From: a virus
DNA: 64,000 nucleotides
Strand: one strand, 5' to 3'
Virus record (IMG/VR): IMGVR_UViG_3300027864_001020
Coordinates: 13,642-77,641 of that record
Notes under the pieces: generated by a model
What the model was told of the DNA's origin: nothing
The model's input: only the letters and a program-made list of their open reading frames with translations
Database searches by the model: none
Position numbers and translations under genes: made by a program
Shown: positions 55,294 through 63,851 of the stretch, piece after piece
How the letters are laid out: each line of letters begins with the position of its first letter
Position numbering within the stretch: position 1 is the first letter of the stretch

Positions 55294-55860
55294 TTATTTT
55301 TCCTCTTCCCATTTTGTAACAATAAATCTGCCAAACGGACCCTTTCTTGCAGGGCGAAAATCACCTAACCCGACTTTTGATCCTGCGTCATCTACCAAGA
55401 GGCGGACAAATTTCGGATTAAACATCGCTTCGTCAACGGCAAGCGTGAAATCTGTTTGCCAAACATCTAATCGCGGTCTATGGCACATAATCCGACCGCC
55501 GGTTGACGGAATAACAACGCTTCGGCTGTCAACTTCAAATTCTTTTGTGTTTAACGGACAGACAATTTCTTCGATAGTTATTCCGGCAGGAATCAAACTT
55601 GATTTTTGTGTAGTTACTTTAGTTTTTCCTACTTTATGGAAAGAGCCAGCCGCAATTAAACAGGCAAATATATTCGGTCCCGGTATATAAAGATTTCCTT
55701 CTCCATCGCTGTATGTTTTTGGCAGTGCTTGATCTCGCGGTGTACCTTTATTACCAACCGAAACAGACGATGTTCCCGAAGATACTTTGATCTCGTTCGC
55801 TTCAGTAAAACGATTCATAATTAAAGGCGTTTTACCCTGTATTGAAACTTTTATTTTCAT
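55294..55860 (-). CDS. RAMP/Cas7-like protein
   Basis: N-terminal KVSIQGKTPLIM strand, central YIPGPNI, C-terminal Gly-rich loop GSKVGLGDFRPARKGPFGRF; likely start at 55860. Confidence 0.65.
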   Translation of the reverse strand: MKIKVSIQGKTPLIMNRFTEANEIKVSSGTSSVSVGNKGTPRDQALPKTYSDGEGNLYIPGPNIFACLIAAGSFHKVGKTKVTTQKSSLIPAGITIEEIVCPLNTKEFEVDSRSVVIPSTGGRIMCHRPRLDVWQTDFTLAVDEAMFNPKFVRLLVDDAGSKVGLGDFRPARKGPFGRFIVTKWEEEK

Positions 55861-56471
55861 TTTTTGTTCCTTGATTTTAACCACAAGACTTCATATAACC
55901 GCCTTGTGGCTTTAATATCTGACATTGCGCCGTGCGCATCTGCGTGTTCAATGCCGAGCGCTTTTGTCATTGTTTCGAGTTTTTGATTTTTCGTTTTAAT
56001 TTTTAACTGTGGCGCAAGCTGTTTTACTACATCAAAAACATCTATCAACCTTCCGCTAAAAAAGAAATTCATATCAATACCGCATCTGTCAAAAAGTGCT
56101 TTGACATGACCATAATCAAAACCGCAATTATAACCTGCGAAAACGAATTTATTGTCAGCGTCAGCATGATCATTCATACCGTTATACGACCATTGGATTA
56201 ACCAATCGGCAATTTCTTTCATAACAATTTCTGCCGATGGGTACGATCTTATTGTTTCCTCTGACACGCCATGAACTTTATACGCGCCTTCGTGAAACAG
56301 TATTTGATCATTCAATGGGTTTAAGTGAAATTCCTTTTCGCCTACAAGAACATGAGACATTTTTCCGTCAATTTCTTTATCCTGATATACCAATATTGCT
56401 ATTTCAAAAGCTGCGGAGTTAGTCGGATCAATGCCGGTTGTTTCAACATCACACCATACTACTGTCATCAT
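55857..56471 (-). CDS. DnaQ/DEDDh 3'-5' exonuclease
   Basis: WCDVETTG, AGYNCGFD, HGAMSDI. Confidence 0.88.
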   Translation of the reverse strand: MMTVVWCDVETTGIDPTNSAAFEIAILVYQDKEIDGKMSHVLVGEKEFHLNPLNDQILFHEGAYKVHGVSEETIRSYPSAEIVMKEIADWLIQWSYNGMNDHADADNKFVFAGYNCGFDYGHVKALFDRCGIDMNFFFSGRLIDVFDVVKQLAPQLKIKTKNQKLETMTKALGIEHADAHGAMSDIKATRRLYEVLWLKSRNKK

Positions 56472-56700
56472 GCTGTGTTTCCTCCAAAATCTTTTTTGCT
56501 TCTTGCTTGGCTTGATACCATTGGTTATACGCTTCGGGAAATGATAGTGCTTCGTATTCTTTATACTTTGTCCGACATAATGTTGTACTAACTCTAATTC
56601 CTTCCTGTGGCTTTTCTGTCATGGTTTTACCATCCCAAGCAAGATATAAATTACCTTTTCTTAAACAGAATAATTTTGTTGACTTGTATACTTTACCCAT
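56449..56700 (-). CDS. Hypothetical protein
   Basis: 83 aa, coupled to neighbours. Confidence 0.55.
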   Translation of the reverse strand: MGKVYKSTKLFCLRKGNLYLAWDGKTMTEKPQEGIRVSTTLCRTKYKEYEALSFPEAYNQWYQAKQEAKKILEETQHDDSSMV

Positions 56701-56968
56701 TGGATATATTTTCCTTTCCTCGCTCTTTAATCATTGCGTCCGCAATTAAATATGCAGTTTTCGCAAATGCAATTAAATAATCAGGGTCCGCCGATAGGTT
56801 ATTAAAATCTTCACAGGTTTTAGGCGGTATAATTATTGCGGTCATTGCCTTTGCTGCGAAATAATCGCGTAACGTCATACCATTTTGGGCTTCATTGTAG
56901 GAACAACCAATATTATGAGTGTGTCCTATAGGTCTTGGAAATGCGAATTTGTCTCCTTTCTTAATCAT
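56693..56968 (-). CDS. Conserved small phage protein
   Basis: AFP...GMTLRDYFAAKAM...AYLIADAMIKER. Confidence 0.8.
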   Translation of the reverse strand: MIKKGDKFAFPRPIGHTHNIGCSYNEAQNGMTLRDYFAAKAMTAIIIPPKTCEDFNNLSADPDYLIAFAKTAYLIADAMIKERGKENISNG

Positions 56969-58233
56969 TTTGTTACAACCTCGCCTTCTTTTATGTAAAT
57001 GATTTGATCTTCCAACTCTTCGGGGAGTTCTGCGACTTTAAGCAAGATTACCAAAAAGCCGGAAGTTTCCGCCCATTTTGAAATTGCGCCGGTTGTATTT
57101 GCGTCTAACGATTCCCCGTTGTCCACGACTAATATTTTCAATTCGCCGGAGAAACGTGCGCCGAGCATGAAAAACACCTGTACGCTTTCAGCGGTTGACC
57201 AGTTGCCTTCATCGTTTGTATCTGTCACGCCTCGCAGTGCGCCCTTATAATAAAGAGCGTTGTCTTCGCCGATTTCCAAGTCTTTAACGCCAAGATTCAT
57301 TTCCGCAAGTGTTGTTTTTCGCTTTGTACGGAGTGTTTCAATTTCTTCAGTGAGTTTGTCGTACTGTTCAGTTAATTTGTCATGCTCCGCTTTTTTATTC
57401 AGGTAGTCATCATAGGCTTTCGCAGCGGTTTCAAGTTTTAACCATTCTGACAATTCATTGTTAAATGCGTCTACATCGCCCTGCGTGTATTGTTTCTGTT
57501 CTGCGATTGATTTTTCTGCCGATTCAACGGTTTTTTCCAAAATTGGAATAAGCGCATGAATATCATCAACAGAATTAAACCTGCATTTCGCCCGGATAAT
57601 TTCTTCGGCTTTGTCGAGCGTTGACCGAAGCCATTTAACATAACCTGCTGCTTCGTCTCTTCTTGCGGTGAGTTCGTCTGCCGGTTTGGGGTGCTGCGCT
57701 TCGTCAACAGGCTTTATTTCGCCCATTTTCTTTTTATCCCTGCCGATTTCTGTACGGAGCTGCTCTTTTGATTTTGTTTCATCGTCAATTTCTTTGATTT
57801 TTTCAGAGATACCACAGCGTTGTTTTAATAATTCAATGATTTTTGTGTCAGTCATTTTCCGCATCGCCCATGGGAACTCTAAACCGCTGCTGATGGAATT
57901 AAGAAATTCCCTTACACCGCCGGAAACATTTACATACCGGCTTGTAGTTTCGTCAAGACGCTGTACCGTCTGCTTTACGGAATCAGACAATACAGTCCTG
58001 ATTTTTAATCCGTCATCGGTATAGCCGATAATTTCTGCGGATTTTTCGCCATGACTTATCATGCCGGGCGTGTACGCTTTTGTACCGTTCATTGTCAGAG
58101 ATATACTCTGCGCTAATGATGTTTTTCCGCTCTTGTTTACTCCCTGAATTACCTGTAATCCGGGACCGTGAAAATCAATTATTGCTTGTTTTATTTTGCG
58201 AACATTTTTGATTTCTAGCCGTTTTAATAACAT
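56965..58233 (-). CDS. AAA/SMC-like coiled-coil ATPase
   Basis: LEIKNVRKI...IQGVNKSGKTS Walker A; coiled coil; STAESV signature-like; LVVDNGE Walker B. Confidence 0.82.
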   Translation of the reverse strand: MLLKRLEIKNVRKIKQAIIDFHGPGLQVIQGVNKSGKTSLAQSISLTMNGTKAYTPGMISHGEKSAEIIGYTDDGLKIRTVLSDSVKQTVQRLDETTSRYVNVSGGVREFLNSISSGLEFPWAMRKMTDTKIIELLKQRCGISEKIKEIDDETKSKEQLRTEIGRDKKKMGEIKPVDEAQHPKPADELTARRDEAAGYVKWLRSTLDKAEEIIRAKCRFNSVDDIHALIPILEKTVESAEKSIAEQKQYTQGDVDAFNNELSEWLKLETAAKAYDDYLNKKAEHDKLTEQYDKLTEEIETLRTKRKTTLAEMNLGVKDLEIGEDNALYYKGALRGVTDTNDEGNWSTAESVQVFFMLGARFSGELKILVVDNGESLDANTTGAISKWAETSGFLVILLKVAELPEELEDQIIYIKEGEVVTK

Positions 58234-58246
58234 TACGCTTCCCCCC

Positions 58247-58516
58247 TTAATTAACCATGCGCCCGATGTCGCACATTCCTTTTTTACCGTCTGATGCGGC
58301 AACTTGTTCGGGTTTCACAGCATCTTCAAGTATCTCGATACGCCCGACATCAAAAGCACGGCTTTCCGGTATTTCGTTTTTTCCTTCTAGTATGCGCGGC
58401 TGGATACTGTAGCTGTCGCAACCTGTTATGTGGTTGGCATAGCAGGTGATAATTCCCTCAAACCCGGTAATTTTGTCTCTAGCACGTTTCCCGATGTTTT
58501 CTTTCATAATTTTCAC
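58247..58516 (-). CDS. Small conserved phage protein
   Basis: GKRARDKITGFEGIIT...ITGC...FDVGRI. Confidence 0.7.
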   Translation of the reverse strand: MKIMKENIGKRARDKITGFEGIITCYANHITGCDSYSIQPRILEGKNEIPESRAFDVGRIEILEDAVKPEQVAASDGKKGMCDIGRMVN

Positions 58517-58540
58517 TCCTTAAAAAATATTTATAATTCC

Positions 58541-58894
58541 CTAACAGGGAATATTTACGCTGTCCCCGCAATATTCTTTCTCTTCTGCTTCAAGTTTTGC
58601 TATTTGATTTAATTCAACCAGCCTTGCCTTTTGATCTCCAATATGTACTGACAAAACCGCTTTTGCCATTGTCGGTTTAAGATGATAAATTCTGTGTGAA
58701 TCTCTATTGGAAAAACTCGGTATACCTAATTCGTAATAGTATTCTCTGTTCGTTAAATCGCTTCGATCAAACGTATTTTCATTTCTCTCTTTTTCTTTTT
58801 TCTCTTCATCCTCAATTTCTTTTAGAATTTTTTCTGCATTTATAATTTCTGAATAACAGTTGTAAATATTTCTCGCCGTTTGCTGTTTAATCAT
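58541..58894 (-). CDS. Hypothetical protein
   Basis: Likely start MIKQQ at 58894. Confidence 0.55.
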   Translation of the reverse strand: MIKQQTARNIYNCYSEIINAEKILKEIEDEEKKEKERNENTFDRSDLTNREYYYELGIPSFSNRDSHRIYHLKPTMAKAVLSVHIGDQKARLVELNQIAKLEAEEKEYCGDSVNIPC

Positions 58895-59357
58895 TTTTTT
58901 CTCCTTTTGTTTCCTCTGTGTTATTTGATAAAAGTGATTTGATATTAATTTCAGATAGATCGCTTGTAAGATTAAAGCGGTCATTTTCGAGTTTCTTTAT
59001 ATCGCTATTCAATGCACATATTTGTTTTATTAATTCTTCGTTTTGTGGAGTATCTTTATAAACCGTTCCAGTGTACTTAAATCTTTCTTTTGCTATAGTT
59101 GCCCAAATTTCGCCTTTTGCTGTAATTGATGTAACGGTAATTAGCTTGTAAGTATTACAATCGTAACTATATTCCCTTTTAACAATATATGCAGTGAACG
59201 GCACAATTTTGGAAGATTCTCTTATTCTCCGATCAATGGCTTCTTTTGCTTTTTTGAGCGATTCATAACTCTTTGATAATTCGTAACAACGCCATGTATT
59301 ATCATCTTCATCGTAACGGATATCAAAATCTTTATATTCGATTTTTTCAATATTCAA
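58887..59357 (-). CDS. Hypothetical protein
   Basis: 156 aa, follows the YqaJ gene. Confidence 0.6.
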   Translation of the reverse strand: MNIEKIEYKDFDIRYDEDDNTWRCYELSKSYESLKKAKEAIDRRIRESSKIVPFTAYIVKREYSYDCNTYKLITVTSITAKGEIWATIAKERFKYTGTVYKDTPQNEELIKQICALNSDIKKLENDRFNLTSDLSEINIKSLLSNNTEETKGEKND

Positions 59358-59358
59358 T

Positions 59359-60396
59359 TTACACCACCTTCTTTGCGGTTACGGTTAATCTGTCTGAAGG
59401 GGTAACTTTGGAATATTGATCATACAGACCGGCATCTTTCAGGGCATCACTGTCAACACTACGTCTGTCAAAAAAAGACCATGATACTGAATATTGATCG
59501 CCGGAAGCGGAAAGTTTACGCTCTGTTTTACTTGGCTTCGCTCTTGCTATTAAACTTGATTTAAGCTCGATTTTAACGGCTTTGTCTTCTTTTTCAAGCG
59601 GCGCAATTTGCTCTTTCAAATGACAGATTTTTCTGCACATATTTAATTCATTGGCTGTGAGCGTTAATGGCGCAGCGCAGCCTTCGTACATTCCTGTTAT
59701 CATGTCATCTTCGGCAGGGATGCCGACCGCAGGGGGACGGTTTTCGGGGATTACGTTTTCGTTCCAAAACTTTGTTTCAACGGTCAGCATTTTTACAATA
59801 AATTGATCATTGCGGAAAATTACATAATCTTTGATTTCTTCGGTATCAAGGAAACAGGCGGAAATAACAAACCATTTTAAACCTAAAACGTACATATAAT
59901 GTTGTACTTGCGCAAAATACGAATCGGGAATTTCATCTTCGTTAAAATCATAACCATACTTTGATGATTTGATTTCAAGTCCACCAAAACCGGCAATTTC
60001 TTTATCGTTGATGATAACAGGATTTTCCGCATATATTATGCCGTCTACGTTAGCCGACATATAATCGAAATCGGGTGAGTAGAACATATAAGGAACTGTA
60101 AATATTTTCAGTTCGGGATGCGCTTCGGCAAACCAATTTCTTATAACAGGCTCCAAGAGTTTACCTCTCTTCGCCGCCGGACTCATATCAGCAGATTTGT
60201 CTTTGCCTTTTTTCTGCCAATAAATAGTATTAGGGCTGCCGTATTCGCCGTTTAAGAGCATGAGGCTTCCGGCATCCGAACCGCCGATACTGTTTCGGCG
60301 CAATATTAACCAGTCTTCATAAGTCATTGTGTCTGTCTGTATTGTTTTACAGCGATCAAACAATGGCTGTAATTGCTCATTCATAATTTCCTCCAA
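59359..60396 (-). CDS. YqaJ-like viral recombinase/exonuclease
   Basis: WLILRRNSIGGSD...RGKLLEP...SANVDG...LEIK...YFAQVQHY. Confidence 0.9.
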   Translation of the reverse strand: MEEIMNEQLQPLFDRCKTIQTDTMTYEDWLILRRNSIGGSDAGSLMLLNGEYGSPNTIYWQKKGKDKSADMSPAAKRGKLLEPVIRNWFAEAHPELKIFTVPYMFYSPDFDYMSANVDGIIYAENPVIINDKEIAGFGGLEIKSSKYGYDFNEDEIPDSYFAQVQHYMYVLGLKWFVISACFLDTEEIKDYVIFRNDQFIVKMLTVETKFWNENVIPENRPPAVGIPAEDDMITGMYEGCAAPLTLTANELNMCRKICHLKEQIAPLEKEDKAVKIELKSSLIARAKPSKTERKLSASGDQYSVSWSFFDRRSVDSDALKDAGLYDQYSKVTPSDRLTVTAKKVV

Positions 60397-60420
60397 TCAA
60401 AAAATTTTCCTTGCGGAATA

Positions 60421-60555
60421 TGGGAGCGGTGAGATTCGAACTCACACTTCGCCAATGGGATACTGCACGACCGGATCATTTAGCGTCTGATCTGGACTGC
60501 GCGGACATCATGCAGCGCCTTAGTCGGTTGCGTTTGCCAATTTCGCCACGCTCCC
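60421..60555 (-). tRNA. tRNA-Leu-like RNA with an ~40-45 nt expansion in the anticodon region
   Basis: Acceptor GGGAGCG/CGCTCCC plus discriminator A; Leu-type D arm TGGCGAAATTGGCAAACGC; T arm GTGAG-TTCGAAT-CTCAC; CT-AAG-G at positions 32-37; 135 nt total; no encoded CCA. Confidence 0.7.
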
Positions 60556-60860
60556 TAAAATCGGGGGTGAGCGATTCAACTGGAACCCACGCCCCGACCT
60601 GCCGTTCCGATATAGCTACCTTCGTTACGGCTTTTATAATTTTTTCGCATTCATTTTTCAATTTCTTCAGCCAGGGCGTGGAATAGGAAATCCCCTATTA
60701 AACCTCATTTCCCATCTTTTATCTCTTATTTTTCCCCAATGGGCAGGGCAAACAAAACCGTTTCGTTTAACGGTTTTTGTTACACATTTTGCCAGTAATA
60801 TTTCAATTTCACGCCAATAAGCGAAATAATTAAAATATATAAGCAAATACACAAATACCA

Positions 60861-61601
60861 TTACGCGATTACCTCGATTCCGGTAACAAGTTTTTTGATA
60901 AACTCGACAATGCTGTTCATTGCTTTAATCGTCCATGCGCCGCCGTCTGCCTCAAATAGCGCAACTGTTGGCTGTTCGTTGCTGTCAAGGCGGACGCGCA
61001 AGAGGAATTCGCCTTCGGGCTGTTCAATTTCCCGGAACGTTCTGTAAGGTGAAAGATTTACAATGGCTTTCAATTCTTCCGTACCTTTTAATGCGCCCGA
61101 TACGCCTCTTTTTACGCCGACCTTTTGGGTAATTCCGTCATCTTGCGTGTCGATCTGCGTTCCGCCGGTCAACTTCGATGCGTATTCGAGTACATAATCG
61201 AAATCGTCATTTTCTTTTTTTACAAAAAGAGAGCGGAACATGATCGCAAATTCTTCTTGGGAGAAAAACCTGCCGAATGGGTATTTTATTAATTCGCTGC
61301 TTATTGTTGCGGAAATAAGAGATGTTCGTTTTTTTTCTTCTTCATCGTATGCTGATATAAGATCAACAGATTCATACGAGTTTACGATAATAAGGTGAGG
61401 CTTGCCTCGAATTGCTTTGTCAATGTCATTGTTAATGAACTGACAGAAACCGCGCAGGTTATAAACGGTAAGCGTTTTGGGCTTTGGGTTGAATATGACA
61501 GGCGTCAGGTTTACGGCGGTATATTGCCGACCGTCAGCTTCTACTGTCATTCCATTTTTTACCAATTCTTCAATTTTGTTAATTGCTTGTACGTCATCCA
61601 T
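60861..61601 (-). CDS. Conserved phage protein
   Basis: LSPYRTFREIEQPEGEFLLR...ALFEADGGAW. Confidence 0.7.
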   Translation of the reverse strand: MDDVQAINKIEELVKNGMTVEADGRQYTAVNLTPVIFNPKPKTLTVYNLRGFCQFINNDIDKAIRGKPHLIIVNSYESVDLISAYDEEEKKRTSLISATISSELIKYPFGRFFSQEEFAIMFRSLFVKKENDDFDYVLEYASKLTGGTQIDTQDDGITQKVGVKRGVSGALKGTEELKAIVNLSPYRTFREIEQPEGEFLLRVRLDSNEQPTVALFEADGGAWTIKAMNSIVEFIKKLVTGIEVIA

Positions 61602-61616
61602 GCTAATTAACCTCCT

Positions 61617-61994
61617 TTAGCTGTTGACTGCCGCAGCAGGAAACTTCCTGACATTCGGCGCATCGTCTTTGTCTTTAAGACCGGGCAATTCCGGTCCCGG
61701 GTCATCGTCATAAGCAGCAAGCTTCCCTGTTTCGCTGTCCCTGTCGAAAAACAGGAAAGATTCTGTAGGCTTGATTTTTGCAAGTGATGATGACACTTGA
61801 ATTTTGATCTCGCCTACCTTTCTTGTTTTATCCGGCTTCAGAGAGACCTTAATCGTTACCGATCTCTCCTGATTCGGAGCGGTGTTTTGGTCTTCGATGT
61901 TTGCAAGAACTTTGTTGAGTTCTTCATCAAACAGTTCTAAGACGGCACCGTTCTGAATCGTGTCTAATTGGACTTTCTTCATTCCAACCTCCAT
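61617..61994 (-). CDS. Conserved phage protein
   Basis: GAVLELFDEELNKVLANIEDQNT...RSVTIKVSLKP; usual partner of the downstream gene. Confidence 0.7.
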   Translation of the reverse strand: MEVGMKKVQLDTIQNGAVLELFDEELNKVLANIEDQNTAPNQERSVTIKVSLKPDKTRKVGEIKIQVSSSLAKIKPTESFLFFDRDSETGKLAAYDDDPGPELPGLKDKDDAPNVRKFPAAAVNS

Positions 61995-62025
61995 ATAATT
62001 AGGCTATGCGCCCGAATTTACCGAG

Positions 62026-62133
62026 TTATTTTTTCCGCCGCTTCTTGATGCGCTTCCAGCGGTTCCAGTTATTGAAAATCCATATTCCTAAGAATCCGAT
62101 AATACCGATAACGGTCATTATTAAAAAAATCAT
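62026..62133 (-). CDS. 35-aa membrane peptide with basic tail (not in ORF track)
   Basis: MIFLIMTVIGIIGFLGIWIFNNWNRWKRIKKRRKK; AAGGAG SD. Confidence 0.55.
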   Translation of the reverse strand: MIFLIMTVIGIIGFLGIWIFNNWNRWKRIKKRRKK

Positions 62134-62309
62134 TCTGTCTCCTTTATTACGAAAGAGCCGAATTGCGGATCGAAACTCTTATTCATTAATGGGTTATTTT
62201 CTTTAACCGATCCGCTGTACCCGATCATGAATTTGATCCAGTCGACCGCCTGATTTTTTGTCGCTTTGTTATCAGGTATCTCAATATCAAATTGAACATT
62301 AAATTTCAC
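62130..62309 (-). CDS. Small hypothetical protein (GTG start, not in ORF track)
   Basis: 59 aa MKFNVQFDIEIPD...; GGAGG SD. Confidence 0.5.
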   Translation of the reverse strand: MKFNVQFDIEIPDNKATKNQAVDWIKFMIGYSGSVKENNPLMNKSFDPQFGSFVIKETE

Positions 62310-62336
62310 ACAACCCTCCCCTATTCACAATAAAAA

Positions 62337-62687
62337 TTAATTCTGAACGGCTTCCTTATGTTTTTCAGGTTTGTACTCAATTTCTTTTGCAACGAGCAAA
62401 ATCCTTGACTGTTGTTTTCCTTCGGCGTTGTTCCATCGTTCTTGTTTTAAACGCCCGTACACACGGACACCGCGTCCTTTCTTTGCGTATGTCTGACAGT
62501 ATTCGGCAATTTCGCCCCAAGCTTCCACATCGAAGAAACTTGTTTCTTGTTCTTTGTCATCGCCCTTGCCGTAATATCTGTTTACAGCGATTGAAAAATT
62601 GCAAATAAGCGTTCCGCCCGGCGTACTACGGTAGGCAGGATCTTTTGTCAGGTTTCCTTCTAAAAAGAATTTGTTTAATGGGTTCAA
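62337..62687 (-). CDS. ssb: Single-stranded DNA-binding protein
   Basis: LNKFFLEGNLTKDP...TSFFDVEAWG...KGRGVRVYGRLKQERW. Confidence 0.92.
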   Translation of the reverse strand: MNPLNKFFLEGNLTKDPAYRSTPGGTLICNFSIAVNRYYGKGDDKEQETSFFDVEAWGEIAEYCQTYAKKGRGVRVYGRLKQERWNNAEGKQQSRILLVAKEIEYKPEKHKEAVQN

Positions 62688-62699
62688 AATAATTTCTCC

Positions 62700-63374
62700 T
62701 TAAAATGGTATGTCGCCGAATTCGCTGTCTTTGACAGTGTAGTTTTCATCGGTGTCAGCTTCGTTTAACGATTTGCCAACTTCAAAAGACGGATTATCAG
62801 TTGCCGGAGCAGTAATGGCGGTACATTTTTCAGCGGCTTCAATAAAAATCTTTCCTCTGATTGGGAACTTTTTACACATAGTCTTAACACTATTTGTTTC
62901 AAGTTCCATTTCCTTTGATCCGAAGCGTGTTGCAATACCGATACTGCTGTATGGTAATTTTTCATAACGGTCTGATATTGATTTGTGTAATGATTGCAAG
63001 GATCTTCTTGATTTTCTTAAATATTCGTTGTAATCGTTATGCAATTTTTTTTCGTCTTCGGTGTATTCGATTTCAAACCATGACAATTCGCTGATCATTG
63101 TTATATTTTCAGGCAGAGCTACAACCGTATCTTCGTCAAGAAAAATATGACTTTCCTTCGAGTTGATTACTTCGCCTGTTTTTACTATTTTGTCGCTGAT
63201 GTCCATTTCCTTCGGCTGTTCGATTATGACTTCAAGCCCTTCATAACGATTTTTGAAATAGTTAAATACGTCTGAATAATTAAAAATATCAGACACATTA
63301 ACAACCGAATGGCTATGTTCGCGGAATTTTCCCTTGCGATTTTTTGTACCAATCTGCACAAAATAAACTCCCAT
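62700..63374 (-). CDS. Hypothetical protein
   Basis: 224 aa; ends in SSB-like acidic DIPF tail. Confidence 0.6.
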   Translation of the reverse strand: MGVYFVQIGTKNRKGKFREHSHSVVNVSDIFNYSDVFNYFKNRYEGLEVIIEQPKEMDISDKIVKTGEVINSKESHIFLDEDTVVALPENITMISELSWFEIEYTEDEKKLHNDYNEYLRKSRRSLQSLHKSISDRYEKLPYSSIGIATRFGSKEMELETNSVKTMCKKFPIRGKIFIEAAEKCTAITAPATDNPSFEVGKSLNEADTDENYTVKDSEFGDIPF

Positions 63375-63377
63375 GAT

Positions 63378-63851
63378 TTAATCCTCCTTATTGTTATTTG
63401 TCGCTCCGCCATGAGCGAGTTTGCCGATTTCATTAAAACGCTCGACATAATCTATTGCCGCCGTTTTATCGCAGATAAAAATTGAGCGCACATTTACCCA
63501 TGTTCCCGGACGGCGTTCTGTATCGCCTTCGTCAAATTGAGGATAATGATCGCTTTCAATGAAAAATATTATTTTTGCCTCGTTGGGAAATTCGCCTGAA
63601 TGTGATTTGAATTCCTGTACAAGATAAAATGTTTTTTCGTTTTTACTTTTAACTTTTGCTTCGTACTCTTCGGCAGCGGCTTTGGTTTCAAAATACAATG
63701 GGATTGTTAAGGTATTGTTACCGCTGCGCTGCGATACCTGCATATCACATTTACATCGTTTAAATTCGCCGTGATATGTCGCGCCGACCGATCCCTTTGC
63801 CGATATTGATACAGTCAATAAATGTATCACCTGATTTTCTTTTTCTGTCAT
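63378..63851 (-). CDS. Hypothetical protein
   Basis: 157 aa with SD. Confidence 0.6.
   Translation of the reverse strand: MTEKENQVIHLLTVSISAKGSVGATYHGEFKRCKCDMQVSQRSGNNTLTIPLYFETKAAAEEYEAKVKSKNEKTFYLVQEFKSHSGEFPNEAKIIFFIESDHYPQFDEGDTERRPGTWVNVRSIFICDKTAAIDYVERFNEIGKLAHGGATNNNKED

Noticed and set aside
55061-55368. ORFs 55061-55312 (-), 55084-55368 (+) and 55089-55319 (+) across the pentamer arrays
   Set aside because: Their Cys/Arg/Ala-rich sequences follow from the 5-nt periodicity; the array phase shifts across the linker, which does not fit coding
60421-60555. tmRNA, BHB-intron or group I intron interpretation of the tRNA-like RNA
   Set aside because: No G3-U70 alanine pair and it has a full D arm; too short for tmRNA or a group I intron; no TTAG in the insert to form the BHB helix
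60411-60686. ORFs 60411-60686 (+) and 60476-60661 (-)
   Set aside because: They overlap the tRNA-like structure and hairpins, and lack a clear SD or recognisable motif
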